DNA from: a virus
Lineage: Duplodnaviria > Caudoviricetes
Virus record (IMG/VR): IMGVR_UViG_3300042885_000751
Coordinates: 9,935 to 73,934 of that record
Length of the DNA stretch: 64,000 nt
Strand: one strand, 5' to 3'
In this document: piece by piece, positions 40,533-50,638 of the stretch
How positions within the stretch are numbered: position 1 is the first letter of the stretch
How the letters are laid out: each line of letters opens with the position of its first letter
Made by a program: the position numbers and the translations under genes
Notes under the pieces: model-generated
What the model was told of the DNA's origin: nothing
Seen by the model: the letters and a program-made list of their open reading frames with translations, nothing else
Database searches by the model: none

Positions 40533-42533
40533 TTAAAATAATTTTAATTGATTACTATTTGGTGCTAACTGGTTAATTTCTTTATTGATTTTTTGTAAAT
40601 AGAATTGCTTATTGATTAAATATTCATCAAAAGGTTTTTCTACATAGTTAATGAATACAGTTTGCATCCACTTACCACTTTCAACTTGTATCTTTCTACC
40701 ATCAGTTTTATTTGTCTTAATAATTTTAGACCCTTTCTCAGATATATAATATCTAATAGTCTGCTGTAGTTTTGTAGCTGAATACTCAGAGTTTTCTATT
40801 TTCTCTTCAATAAATTCCCAGTCACCTTTGATCTTAACTCCTCCACAATAATCATACACATTAGTCTGAGTAAGTAAAAAAGCTTCAGGTTTAATACCGT
40901 GTACAAAATGATAATATATTGCTCTTGGTATAATTAAAAAACTTTTATTCTTATGTAAGGCAAGATTATTAAACTCAAATCTACCTTTACACTTAGTTGC
41001 AGCATAATAGAACTTATCACCTTCTTCTTTAAAAAGATAATGCGGGTTCTCTTGCTTTACTTCATTATATTTATCTATGTCTACAGGTTTGTAATCATGT
41101 ATTGCTATATAGTTATTTACATCTCCAAGAATCATTTTACTATAAGTATCATGTTCTAATTGAAGATTAGTTATCTTTTCCCATCTATTGCAAATCTCTA
41201 GATATTTATCTTGATATTCTCTAGGTATAATAGTTTCTAGACCATCAGTATTTTGCATTAAAGGATATGCATCAGGAATCTCCTCACATATCATCTCATA
41301 TAGCATGCATAAACTTAACTGGCCATTAATTGTAATTTGCATAGTAAACTCTGGGTCATACAGAAAACTATTAGCATCATTACTTAATCCATAAGTTGAA
41401 TTAAGAATAATCTTATATACATAATTCCTTACATCTTTTTTACTTATCTTTTTTCTTTCATTAAAGAACCATTCATATAACTCACAAAACTCTGCTTTTG
41501 GTAAATGTGCAGGAGACCAACCATTTCTGATTGCTAAGTTAGGATAATATGATACTACGTCACTTGTCATAATAATAACATCTTTATCAGACTCATATAT
41601 ACCACTTTTCCTTGCACCGTGAATACCACCTAAACCAAAATCAGTTTTAACACCTTTATAATTCAGACTATATTTAAATCCTCCTTTTGTGTTTTCTGGA
41701 TATACAATTATTTCATTAAATCTTGTTAATAGTTTTTGAAAAGTTGCAGTTTTAAATTCAGTATAATCAAGTATTATATCTTTTACTGTAATACTTTCTC
41801 TTTTAGTTCTTAATTGTCTTAAGTCATATTTTTTAATACCGGTACTCTCACTCAAGAAATGTAAAAATAACTCTTTACTAATTCTTGGCTCAGATGCACT
41901 GAATAAAGGAATGTTATACTCCTCAGTTAATGTCTTCCGTAAAGCAATTTGACTTTTACTAAGCATCATTATACGCTTAGTTGACTTTACATCATTCCAA
42001 CAATAACCAATTATCTCATCAATCTGATCAAATGTGGTCACTTTGGTAGTATGGTGTATAGGCATATCCTGTATGCTTTCCCAATCCATACTATACTGAA
42101 TCCACTTTAGTGAGCTTCTTTTAGCTGGATTATCCCAATGATTTAACTTAAAGACATCTACTTGCTTTATGCTCATTGTCTTTTCATAAAAATCTAGAAA
42201 TTCTCCACTACTTTGTTTATTGATTACATGCTGTGCTTTATCATATATCCAGTTAGCAATTTCACTACCTGACATATAGGATAGACTTTCAGCATTCTGA
42301 ATTATATATTCAGTTATCTGACCATCAAATCCTAATCCATTATAAGATACATGCCATTCATCATGTAATATATTTCTTTTAATAAATTGAATATAATCAT
42401 CAAAATCATTTTGTAAATCATGTACAACAAATACATGTCTTTCATCTGATTTTATGCTTTCAAAGCATCCTATGAAACAGTCAATCATAGTTTCATAATC
42501 CATTACCCAGTGGGTCTTAGCTGTTTCTCCCAT
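40533..42533 (-). CDS. polB: DNA polymerase family B
   Basis: Exo I DYET; motif A SDVVSYYPN; motif B KIILNSTYG; motif C NTDG. Confidence 0.9.
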   Translation of the reverse strand: MGETAKTHWVMDYETMIDCFIGCFESIKSDERHVFVVHDLQNDFDDYIQFIKRNILHDEWHVSYNGLGFDGQITEYIIQNAESLSYMSGSEIANWIYDKAQHVINKQSSGEFLDFYEKTMSIKQVDVFKLNHWDNPAKRSSLKWIQYSMDWESIQDMPIHHTTKVTTFDQIDEIIGYCWNDVKSTKRIMMLSKSQIALRKTLTEEYNIPLFSASEPRISKELFLHFLSESTGIKKYDLRQLRTKRESITVKDIILDYTEFKTATFQKLLTRFNEIIVYPENTKGGFKYSLNYKGVKTDFGLGGIHGARKSGIYESDKDVIIMTSDVVSYYPNLAIRNGWSPAHLPKAEFCELYEWFFNERKKISKKDVRNYVYKIILNSTYGLSNDANSFLYDPEFTMQITINGQLSLCMLYEMICEEIPDAYPLMQNTDGLETIIPREYQDKYLEICNRWEKITNLQLEHDTYSKMILGDVNNYIAIHDYKPVDIDKYNEVKQENPHYLFKEEGDKFYYAATKCKGRFEFNNLALHKNKSFLIIPRAIYYHFVHGIKPEAFLLTQTNVYDYCGGVKIKGDWEFIEEKIENSEYSATKLQQTIRYYISEKGSKIIKTNKTDGRKIQVESGKWMQTVFINYVEKPFDEYLINKQFYLQKINKEINQLAPNSNQLKLF

Positions 42534-42572
42534 AATCCATATTCAGTTAAGCTGTTTCCCCCTATTTAGTTA

Positions 42573-42605
42573 AAAACACAGAGCATCAGTAATGACACTC
42601 TGTGA
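42573..42605 (-). terminator. Terminator-like hairpin upstream of the polymerase gene
   Basis: Minus strand CACAGAG...CTCTGTG followed by TTTTT. Confidence 0.55.
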
Positions 42606-42614
42606 ATTATTTAA

Positions 42615-43001
42615 TTATTTTGCAGGTTGTACTGCTTTAGCTAATGTAGTCTGAAAGTCAAACTCTTTAGCATTAATACCTATATAGTTAATTAGATTTT
42701 TAATATCTAACTTGTTATCTAAGTAGTACTCTTGAAATGTTTCACTTGACACTCTTTCTTCTTTTACATTTCTACCATTAGGTCTCAATGCTTTAGTAGC
42801 AGTAGGGTCTCCATTTTCATCTAGTTTTGGTAACATGTGTAATGTAGTTTTAGTTACTTTACCTATGATAACAAATAATCCTGATGTCAAATCATAGATA
42901 CACTCTACATAAGGTGAATCATTAGATACTGGGATCATTCTGAATGTACTATGGCCATTCCATTCTGAACTAATTAATGTCATTGTGTTTTCTCCTGTCA
43001 T
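42615..43001 (-). CDS. Hypothetical protein
   Basis: 128-aa ORF in the tightly packed replication operon. Confidence 0.7.
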   Translation of the reverse strand: MTGENTMTLISSEWNGHSTFRMIPVSNDSPYVECIYDLTSGLFVIIGKVTKTTLHMLPKLDENGDPTATKALRPNGRNVKEERVSSETFQEYYLDNKLDIKNLINYIGINAKEFDFQTTLAKAVQPAK

Positions 43002-43006
43002 AATTT

Positions 43007-43576
43007 TTATTTTAAATCTTTATTTAATTTTTGTAACTCTTCTACATTTACTATTAATATTTCTTTTTCCATGTCTGGTATAGTACATAATTCTCCTACA
43101 CTTCTTAATGTCTCTTCTGGGATATCAAGTAACTCAGAATAAATATTAAAATACTTTTCAGGAAATAAAAAACTATCCATATACATGAAATTGCTTCCAT
43201 TCTTATCAAAATGGTCTCTTATTTTGCGCTTAACTGTGGGATTCATCTTACTATATCTACCATTGATTAAATGCATCCAATCATCTTTCATATCAGAAAA
43301 ATCAAATGTATATAATACCTCAGTATCATTTAGTTTAATATAATCACTTAGTCTATTATGTTTTAACAGTACATTTTTCTCAAAATTAAGATAATCTTGA
43401 TCTTTTCTTTCATGAAAAATTGCTACTAGTTTCATATCCTCAGGTTTTACATAATCATTCCAGCCAAAATAAGTTTGAACTGGAGTGACACTTGAACCTT
43501 TTTTAATTCCCAAGAGTGGATATACAAATATCTTGGACTTTTGAAAGTAATTCTTATAAAGCGCACTAATACTCAT
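43007..43576 (-). CDS. Hypothetical protein
   Basis: 189-aa ORF, 5-nt spacing to both neighbours. Confidence 0.7.
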   Translation of the reverse strand: MSISALYKNYFQKSKIFVYPLLGIKKGSSVTPVQTYFGWNDYVKPEDMKLVAIFHERKDQDYLNFEKNVLLKHNRLSDYIKLNDTEVLYTFDFSDMKDDWMHLINGRYSKMNPTVKRKIRDHFDKNGSNFMYMDSFLFPEKYFNIYSELLDIPEETLRSVGELCTIPDMEKEILIVNVEELQKLNKDLK

Positions 43577-43581
43577 AATTG

Positions 43582-44589
43582 TTATAATTTTACATTACCG
43601 GTTGCTAATTGATATGGAAGAGTAAAATCCTTATTAGTATAATGATAGTCTACAACTGTCAATATTTCTCTAAAGTTTTCTTCCCACACCTTTAATGTTT
43701 CTGTTGATACTTGAAAAGGATAAATTAAATTAGCTTTATCAATCACAATAAAAGTAATAACAATTTTCCATTCAGGCATATCAGGTAAACCCTTAAGATA
43801 TTTACCCAAACTCAATTGTTTATACATGACGGCCTGTATCCAATATTTGTAATATTGCACTGAGTCTGGAAAATCCTGAATAGGCTTACCAGTTGTTTTT
43901 AAGTCATTAATGAATAAAGTCTTAGTATTATAGTCCATGACTACATTATCTAAGATACCTTTAAAACCAAATTTATATTTACTTGATTTTATCTGTACAC
44001 CTTCTTCATTAAAGATTTTAATATTCTCATCTATATCACCATTAAGTTGCATCAACTCACTCACAATTGGATGCTTTCTTAATAACTCTACAGATTCTTT
44101 TGCTGTGTCTAATGTGATTTGATCCACAATAGTTTTACCTTGCTTTACTTTTAAAAATTCAAAGTATTGCATATTTTGTTCAGTTGCCATTTTTGCAATT
44201 CTACCTTCATCATTTTTTAATGATTGGTGCAAGTTAATACCTGCAAGTACATTAATTATTGAATCAGGGAAATCAGTTAATGTTAAATCAGTATCAGGTT
44301 GTGATTGATAAACCTTAAAGACTTCATCTACTAATAACCTGTTGTTATCTTTTGGAAGATTACTAGGTATTACTATAAACTCTTTATCAAAATTCTTTGG
44401 TTCAAGTAATAAACAATGTACTACTTTCCCTGCTACTAAATGAGCATCAACCATATCTTCTCTTTGATTTAAGATATAGTGTCTATAAAAAGCTGCTGGT
44501 GAATACAACAGCTTATTAATACTTGAGTAACTAAAATAAAAGTCACTGTTATAAAATTGATTTAATTCTTCATTATAAGAGATAGTCAT
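43582..44589 (-). CDS. PD-(D/E)XK exonuclease (RecE/DUF3799-like)
   Basis: FSYSSI, GKVVHCLLLE, KGILDNV...INDLKTT, YWIQAVMY motifs. Confidence 0.8.
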   Translation of the reverse strand: MTISYNEELNQFYNSDFYFSYSSINKLLYSPAAFYRHYILNQREDMVDAHLVAGKVVHCLLLEPKNFDKEFIVIPSNLPKDNNRLLVDEVFKVYQSQPDTDLTLTDFPDSIINVLAGINLHQSLKNDEGRIAKMATEQNMQYFEFLKVKQGKTIVDQITLDTAKESVELLRKHPIVSELMQLNGDIDENIKIFNEEGVQIKSSKYKFGFKGILDNVVMDYNTKTLFINDLKTTGKPIQDFPDSVQYYKYWIQAVMYKQLSLGKYLKGLPDMPEWKIVITFIVIDKANLIYPFQVSTETLKVWEENFREILTVVDYHYTNKDFTLPYQLATGNVKL

Positions 44590-45826
44590 CAGTGTTTGTT
44601 TTTAATTCTAGATTCACATTATCAAAGTCAATTAAGATTTTATTTATTTTTTCAGGTTCTGTTGCAATAGATGCAACAACTGCTTCTTCTTCTAAATCAG
44701 GTAATTCAATTTCTGGGGATGATGCAATAAAGTCTTCTTGCACTACAAAAGTATAATTAAAATCCATAACTTCAAGATATTCAGTACATAAAGTAATAGT
44801 TTTTACTCTAAAAAACATAGAATCACCTCCTCTAGTTATATCATCCCCGTGTAGCTTTAGCACTATATCAATATTTTCTTTAGTTAATTGCTTATGCTTT
44901 TTCAGTTTATTCATAACATCATCAATATTCATTCTAAAATATGAATTTGGTAATGTCATTAAAGATAATAATGATTTAAAATTTACATGCCCTTTACTTC
45001 TACATTGTTGCATTTTATCAGAGTATGAATAAAATAGTAAACTAAGATACAACACACTATCTTCAAAATTTGAATTAGCCATAATTTCCATAGCCATTGT
45101 GTGATTATCATTATCAGAACTTTTAAACATTTCACATAAGCTGTCATACATATCAGAATCAATACCTAATGCTTCATTTCCATTAAGATGTTTTAGTAAT
45201 TCTGATTCATCATATACTGGTAAAGCTGAATTATTTATTTCATGATAAGCACTAAGATATTCATCTAGTATATAATCATATCTTATAGAAGAATAACTAG
45301 TACCAGATGTTAATCTAAATGGAATATTTCCATTTTGAAGAAAACCTCTTGTATTATAAGAAATTGCAATTAATTCTTCAGTATAAAATTCTAATGCATC
45401 ATCTACTTTTTCATTATAATAAGTATCACCTGAATCTAAAGCTACGTAATCTTGAAAATATTGTTTAAAATCAACAGTATTAACAGTATATGTCCATCCA
45501 TGAGTAGTATATTTAGAATTACTATTTTCTGAAACAAACATTGCTGTTGCATCTGCTAAATTAGTAGTAGATTTAATTTTGTAATCCTTTGTAAGATTTT
45601 TAAGTTTTACTCTTGGAATATTAACTCCTTTTGCAAAAAATAATTTATCATTTAATACAGGTGTATAACCTGTTGATATTGTATTGAATATTTTATTATT
45701 ATTCACATTATCAAAATCACATAATTTAATATCTACTTCAAATTTAAAAGCTAACTTGCTCATATCATAAGAATCATACCAATCAGTATCTACAAGACTC
45801 ATGTCTATAAATAATATTTCTTTCAT
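44573..45826 (-). CDS. Hypothetical protein sharing a helical domain with 49339..49746
   Basis: 417-aa ORF; LCEMFKSSDNDNHTMAMEIMANSN segment. Confidence 0.7.
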   Translation of the reverse strand: MKEILFIDMSLVDTDWYDSYDMSKLAFKFEVDIKLCDFDNVNNNKIFNTISTGYTPVLNDKLFFAKGVNIPRVKLKNLTKDYKIKSTTNLADATAMFVSENSNSKYTTHGWTYTVNTVDFKQYFQDYVALDSGDTYYNEKVDDALEFYTEELIAISYNTRGFLQNGNIPFRLTSGTSYSSIRYDYILDEYLSAYHEINNSALPVYDESELLKHLNGNEALGIDSDMYDSLCEMFKSSDNDNHTMAMEIMANSNFEDSVLYLSLLFYSYSDKMQQCRSKGHVNFKSLLSLMTLPNSYFRMNIDDVMNKLKKHKQLTKENIDIVLKLHGDDITRGGDSMFFRVKTITLCTEYLEVMDFNYTFVVQEDFIASSPEIELPDLEEEAVVASIATEPEKINKILIDFDNVNLELKTNTDDYLL

Positions 45827-45839
45827 ATATTTTAATTTT

Positions 45840-45865
45840 AAAAAAAGCGGCTTTTACACCGCTTT
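45840..45865 (-). terminator. Rho-independent terminator after the MoxR gene
   Basis: AAAGCGG...CCGCTTT stem followed by a T-run on the minus strand. Confidence 0.7.
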
Positions 45866-45922
45866 ATATTTGTTTTAATTGTGTTTATGCTCCTTTTTAT
45901 GGGAAACAGTTTTATGCTTTTA

Positions 45923-46675
45923 CTATTTTACAGCCATCTTTACTACTTGTGGATTCATCATTAGCTTAGAAAACTTAGGTTTATTTCCTGCTAGTAACTC
46001 TTTCACTAAATAGTATTTAAGATCATTAGTAAATGCGTCACAGTCTGTAGTAAGTTTTACTAATCTGTTTATCATAGCATCACTTATAGAATGATTAGCT
46101 GCATGTGTCAATGAATAATTTATAAGTCTTGTAGTAATAATACTACTGATATCAGCTCTAAATTCATCTCCAGTACCTATTGCTCCATTTAATGCTCCAA
46201 CTACATATGCTTCATTTACATTAGTCATAATATCAGCTGGAGATATAATTTTATCCATCTTATTATTAATAAACATAGTGAACATACTAGAAAATTCAGG
46301 TCCTACTGAACCTTCTCCAATCATTTGAATTAACGGCAACTGCTCTTCAAACTTTTCAATAGAACTAATAGCATTAAAGAAAGTAGTAATAGCTCTTGGA
46401 TTAACTTTTTGAGTTACTACTTCTGGATTCATCAACATAAAATTAATACATCTACCATCAATTCCTACTTGTTCAGCCCACTTAGCCCATACATTAATAT
46501 CAAATTTAATTTCAACTGAGATAAATCTAGTCTTTTGAGCTACATCTAATGCAGTTACATTATAATCTCCATTGTCTGGATTTGAAGTTAATATTATGTG
46601 CCAGTTCTTTGGTAACTTCCAAGAAATATATTCTTGCTGATCAATCAATTCCATTGTTGCTTGCATAAAGCGGTG
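45923..46675 (-). CDS. MoxR-like AAA+ ATPase, exon 2
   Basis: HRFMQATMELID...LTSNP...DVAQKTRF (sensor I, Arg finger), NPRA; continues exon 1 in frame after splicing. Confidence 0.85.
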   Translation of the reverse strand, partial: HRFMQATMELIDQQEYISWKLPKNWHIILTSNPDNGDYNVTALDVAQKTRFISVEIKFDINVWAKWAEQVGIDGRCINFMLMNPEVVTQKVNPRAITTFFNAISSIEKFEEQLPLIQMIGEGSVGPEFSSMFTMFINNKMDKIISPADIMTNVNEAYVVGALNGAIGTGDEFRADISSIITTRLINYSLTHAANHSISDAMINRLVKLTTDCDAFTNDLKYYLVKELLAGNKPKFSKLMMNPQVVKMAVK

Positions 46676-47722
46676 CATTATGTTATCTCATAGGCTCTTT
46701 ATCCTATGATTCTGTAGTTTCTTTTAGATTATATCTACAGTTCAGACTATATCATCACATATTTCTATGTGTTCTGCGCTCTTGGTATTTTACTGCCTGT
46801 TCTAGGCTCCATATACTAGTCGTTGCACCTTCCTTACATCCCTGTAAGGCTTGGCTCAGGATTGTCCATCTCTGGAGTTTCCCTGAGTTCACAGAATTTA
46901 TTGCGGACCAGCCACTTTATGCTTTTTTCCATCTATAACCACCTGCTGTTAAGTCTTTAGATATTGCTCTATTAATATTAGAGATACTAAGTTCTTTACT
47001 TGCTTGTTTTATAGACTCCCATTTTTTGATAAAAATATTATCAGTAGTATATTGTAATACTGGTTCTAATCTATATTCTTTCAATCTATATAACATATTA
47101 ATGTTATAAGTAAAAGACCATATAAATCCTCCTGCAGAAGATGTATTACCTTTACAAACTGCTTTTATACCATTAATACTTTTAGCATTAATAGATTTAG
47201 CAGCAGCTGTAAGAGATTCAAAACTTTCTAAATACTCACCTTTATCAAGTGAATACATATGTACTGCTTTAAGATTATGAGGTTTTAAACCATTTGCATA
47301 AGCTTTTTTCTTAGCATCACTTATCCTTTGTTTACATATATCATCTCTCACTAATGTTTGTGGATCTAGTATATGATTTATATAAGGAATAATTGTGTTA
47401 ATATAATAAGCTTCTCTTTCAATTAAAATATCATCAGTGCATTCCTCTACAACATTAAAGTAAATTTCATTTTTACCATATTTATTATATAAGTTTTGCA
47501 TTGTTCTATTATGATGCTTTAAATTTTCAAGAGACCACAAATGATGTTTTAACCTGTGACCAATATTACAAGAGCTACCAATGTACTCTTTATCATTAAT
47601 TTTAATTTTATAGATTCCTACACACTTTAATGCTATCTTAAGTGTTTGCATGTTTAATTTTTCCATATCATAAAGATAATCAAATTATTCACACTAACAC
47701 AATTAGACTGCATATTTTGTTA
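46676..47722 (-). ncRNA. Group I self-splicing intron (1047 nt)
   Basis: 5' splice site after U (GCGGAT|TAA) with P1 partner GTCT giving a U.G pair; core GAACTCAGGGAA, AATCCTGAGCCAAGC, GTGCAACGACTA, GATATAGTCT; ends in G (ATAATG|CAC); splicing restores DDYTRAD-HRFMQ. Confidence 0.88.
46917..47666 (-). CDS. Intron-encoded GIY-YIG homing endonuclease with two NUMOD1-like repeats
   Basis: GIYKIKINDKEYIGSS...R..H; repeats VHMYSLDKGEYLESFESLTAAAK and VLQYTTDNIFIKKWESIKQASK. Confidence 0.9.
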   Translation of the reverse strand: MEKLNMQTLKIALKCVGIYKIKINDKEYIGSSCNIGHRLKHHLWSLENLKHHNRTMQNLYNKYGKNEIYFNVVEECTDDILIEREAYYINTIIPYINHILDPQTLVRDDICKQRISDAKKKAYANGLKPHNLKAVHMYSLDKGEYLESFESLTAAAKSINAKSINGIKAVCKGNTSSAGGFIWSFTYNINMLYRLKEYRLEPVLQYTTDNIFIKKWESIKQASKELSISNINRAISKDLTAGGYRWKKA

Positions 47723-48145
47723 ATCCGCACGTGTATAATCATCTAAAATCAAGAAACCACCTTCACCTTTACCTTGAATCCACTCTGGAGCAGCATGAGA
47801 CATTCTACTATTACTAGTAGGTTTATATTTATTCTTAATGTAAGTTTCCATTAAAGATTCTTGGACCCATTTAGTAAAACCATCTTCTCTAACCATTTCA
47901 AATTCTTTGAATGGAAAACCAATTAAATCACCTAACTCTTCTATCTGAGAAAGATTTAATTTAATAATATCCATACCCATTTCAGTTGCTAATTGCTTAA
48001 CAGCTGAAGTCTTACCAAGACCAGCGTCACCTTCTACATTTATTGCAACAGGCACTTTACCTTCAGCTTGGATATATTGATTATTACCAACTATGTGTTT
48101 TAAAAACCCTTTTAACTCATCTACATTTAATTGAACTTGACTCAT
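47723..48145 (-). CDS. MoxR-like AAA+ ATPase, exon 1
   Basis: Walker A GDAGLGKT, DLIGFP, Walker B FLILDD; ends at the intron boundary. Confidence 0.85.
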
Positions 48146-48158
48146 CTTTTTTAATTTT

Positions 48159-49349
48159 TTAAATTTCTAACTTAATAACTTTTCCCGGTAAATCTGTATT
48201 CATACCAGATTGCTCAGACAGCACCCACAATATAGGAGCTTTTGGCTTTACACTTGTACAGCATTCACCGTCAGTAAAATACACTAAGCTAGTATACTTT
48301 CTTATATTTTCATTATAATATTCAAGGACGGGATCAAATTCTGTCCCACCTCTTCCATATATCTCAATTTCATTTTTACCTTTATAAGGCTCTATGCTTT
48401 TGATAGCAGTATCACATTGTACTATGGTAATATCAACACCTTGTTTATAGATGTGTAATATCTCATTCATAAACTCATGTAATTCTTGATCACATACGGA
48501 TCCTGAAGTATCAATAGCCAACAACATATGTTGTTTCATTTTAATTTTAAGACCGGGATTCTCAGAATATCTTCTATTCTCTTTTCTCCTTATCTTTTTA
48601 GTATACACTTTTGATGACACACCAGTAAATCTTCTGATATATCCTTTCCAATCAAATTTAGCAGGCTTGATTTCTTCCATTTCAAGTAAACCCTCAATTT
48701 CTCCAGGGATATTACCTCTTTTCTTTTCAGTCATTTCCTTAGCATCATTGAGAATCTTATTTAATTGTTTCTCAATTAGCTTTTGCTCAGCTTCAGTCAT
48801 GTCTTCAAAATCAGCCCAAGTAGGATGATCACTGGCCATTTCATCTCCAGCATCCATTTGATCAGCTAACTTATCAAAATTATCATCACCACTTGTGCCA
48901 CTTTTGTCTTTATCTTCTTTAGCCTGTTGTAGTTTATCATAATAATATCTACAACCTGCTTTTCTATCAAGATTTAAATCAGGATAATCATCTATATTAA
49001 TACCACCTTCTGGTAGTAATTCATCTAAGATATACTGATTAATCTCCATATCCATAGCAATATTAGCTAATCTCTTATCACTAAACTTAAAATACATAGT
49101 AAGATGACCAAAAGCTATATGAAGTAATTCATGCTTAAGTAAACCTAATCTATGATCTTCAGATAAACTTGTCCAGAAATCTTCATTAATTGTAAGTTGA
49201 TAATTAATATTATTTTTACTTACACCAGCAGTAGGAACTATTTTATTATTCCATACTTTATTTAACATGATTAAAAAGAACCCATAATAGGGCTCCTTTA
49301 ACATCAAGTCTTTACTGGTTTTTGCTAAACTATCTTCTCTATTTTTCAT
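48159..49349 (-). CDS. VWA-domain protein with N-terminal metallopeptidase (DUF2201-like), MoxR partner
   Basis: HELLH zincin motif; MIDAS DTSGS, GRGGT, YFTDG. Confidence 0.85.
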   Translation of the reverse strand: MKNREDSLAKTSKDLMLKEPYYGFFLIMLNKVWNNKIVPTAGVSKNNINYQLTINEDFWTSLSEDHRLGLLKHELLHIAFGHLTMYFKFSDKRLANIAMDMEINQYILDELLPEGGINIDDYPDLNLDRKAGCRYYYDKLQQAKEDKDKSGTSGDDNFDKLADQMDAGDEMASDHPTWADFEDMTEAEQKLIEKQLNKILNDAKEMTEKKRGNIPGEIEGLLEMEEIKPAKFDWKGYIRRFTGVSSKVYTKKIRRKENRRYSENPGLKIKMKQHMLLAIDTSGSVCDQELHEFMNEILHIYKQGVDITIVQCDTAIKSIEPYKGKNEIEIYGRGGTEFDPVLEYYNENIRKYTSLVYFTDGECCTSVKPKAPILWVLSEQSGMNTDLPGKVIKLEI

Positions 49350-49746
49350 TTTTCAATGTTATTGAGTAATTTAATTTATTAATTGGATAACCCCAGTTTG
49401 ACATTGCAGTTTTTAATTCTTCAACATGAATTTTTAAATAGTAATCCATAATTTCAGGTTCTACTGCTGCAGTAATTAAGGTATTAACAATTTGTGCTGC
49501 ACTTAACTTATACTCACTTTGAATACCTAATTCACTGATTTTTTCAAAAGCATTAGGTATATTTTCACGCCAATAACTTTCAGTTTTTAAACTCATACCA
49601 TAAAATATGATTAACCATCCTTCAGATGCATCAATATCACAATTATTTAGTATTTCATTTGCAACAACATGATTCTCTTTATCAGGAGAATTATACATTT
49701 CATATATACTTTCAACACTCTCTCTATTCAGTACTACTTTTTCCAT
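49339..49746 (-). CDS. Hypothetical protein, paralogous domain to 44573..45826
   Basis: IYEMYNSPDKENHVVANEILNNCD segment. Confidence 0.7.
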   Translation of the reverse strand: MEKVVLNRESVESIYEMYNSPDKENHVVANEILNNCDIDASEGWLIIFYGMSLKTESYWRENIPNAFEKISELGIQSEYKLSAAQIVNTLITAAVEPEIMDYYLKIHVEELKTAMSNWGYPINKLNYSITLKNEK

Positions 49747-49758
49747 TAGTTTTCTGTT

Positions 49759-50154
49759 TTAATATAATTTACCTGTTTCTTTTTCATACTTCATTTGCCA
49801 TTCAGATGCTTTTGCTAAATCATATTGGTGACGATAAAAATCTGTTGCAAGTAATAAAAGTGATTCTTGATATACTTCTTTTGCTACATACATTTTAGGC
49901 CAACTTACTAGTATGCTTTCTAAATTTTTTTTAACATCATGACTTTCATTAATCCATTTTTCATATATGCCGTAATGACCATGAAAATCTACAGGAAAAG
50001 TCATAATAAAACCATAAGCATCTTTATTATAATTTGTGTTTTCTTTTACAAAAATTGGTACTTCATCAAGAGGTTTTTGCCAACCTAATTCTGTCATTAT
50101 AACATCAATCTTAGGTGTAGCATATACTTTTTGTGTAAATGCATTTTCTTCCAT
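49759..50154 (-). CDS. Hypothetical protein
   Basis: 131-aa ORF with coupled start. Confidence 0.65.
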   Translation of the reverse strand: MEENAFTQKVYATPKIDVIMTELGWQKPLDEVPIFVKENTNYNKDAYGFIMTFPVDFHGHYGIYEKWINESHDVKKNLESILVSWPKMYVAKEVYQESLLLLATDFYRHQYDLAKASEWQMKYEKETGKLY

Positions 50155-50291
50155 TAGTCTTTAATTTTAGTTTTTATTTTATTAATCCATTCAGGAAAAG
50201 CCATAAACCAAAGAGCATACAAACCCATGCATGTTAAAAGTAATAAACTGATTCCTAGTATAACCAATACTATTATTCCAATAATCTTCAT
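50154..50291 (-). CDS. Small membrane protein (45 aa), not in ORF track
   Basis: MKIIGIIVLVILGISLLLLTCMGLYALWFMAFPEWINKIKTKIKD; TAATG-coupled at both ends. Confidence 0.7.
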   Translation of the reverse strand: MKIIGIIVLVILGISLLLLTCMGLYALWFMAFPEWINKIKTKIKD

Positions 50292-50638
50292 TAGTCTTCA
50301 ATTTTTAAAGTTTTTATTGCCCATTCTTTAGGTTTACCTGATGATATCATATCAACCCATTCTTTAGCAGTAGGAATATAGTTATTACAATCCTCTTTTA
50401 CATGTTGTTCTCCAACATATCTTGTATATACAGTTTTACCATCTGAATTTATAAATGATGCTCCAAATACTTTTTCACATTCAAATATACCTTCACTGTG
50501 GTGACGGAACATTCTGTGTTTACTATGACCTATCCAAGCTTTAGTTTCATCAAACCAGTTGTGAATTGCCTCATAATCAGATATTTGTCCTCCAAATTTC
50601 TTTACTGAGCTTTTACAATGTTGTAAGGGGTGTGCCAT
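50291..50638 (-). CDS. His-rich protein (DUF6915-like)
   Basis: MAHPLQH..SSVKKFGG...IHNWFD...HRMFRHHSEG...EQHVKED pattern. Confidence 0.7.
   Translation of the reverse strand: MAHPLQHCKSSVKKFGGQISDYEAIHNWFDETKAWIGHSKHRMFRHHSEGIFECEKVFGASFINSDGKTVYTRYVGEQHVKEDCNNYIPTAKEWVDMISSGKPKEWAIKTLKIED

Noticed and set aside
45923-48145. Two separate ATPase genes or a pseudogene
   Set aside because: Intron boundaries restore one continuous reading frame
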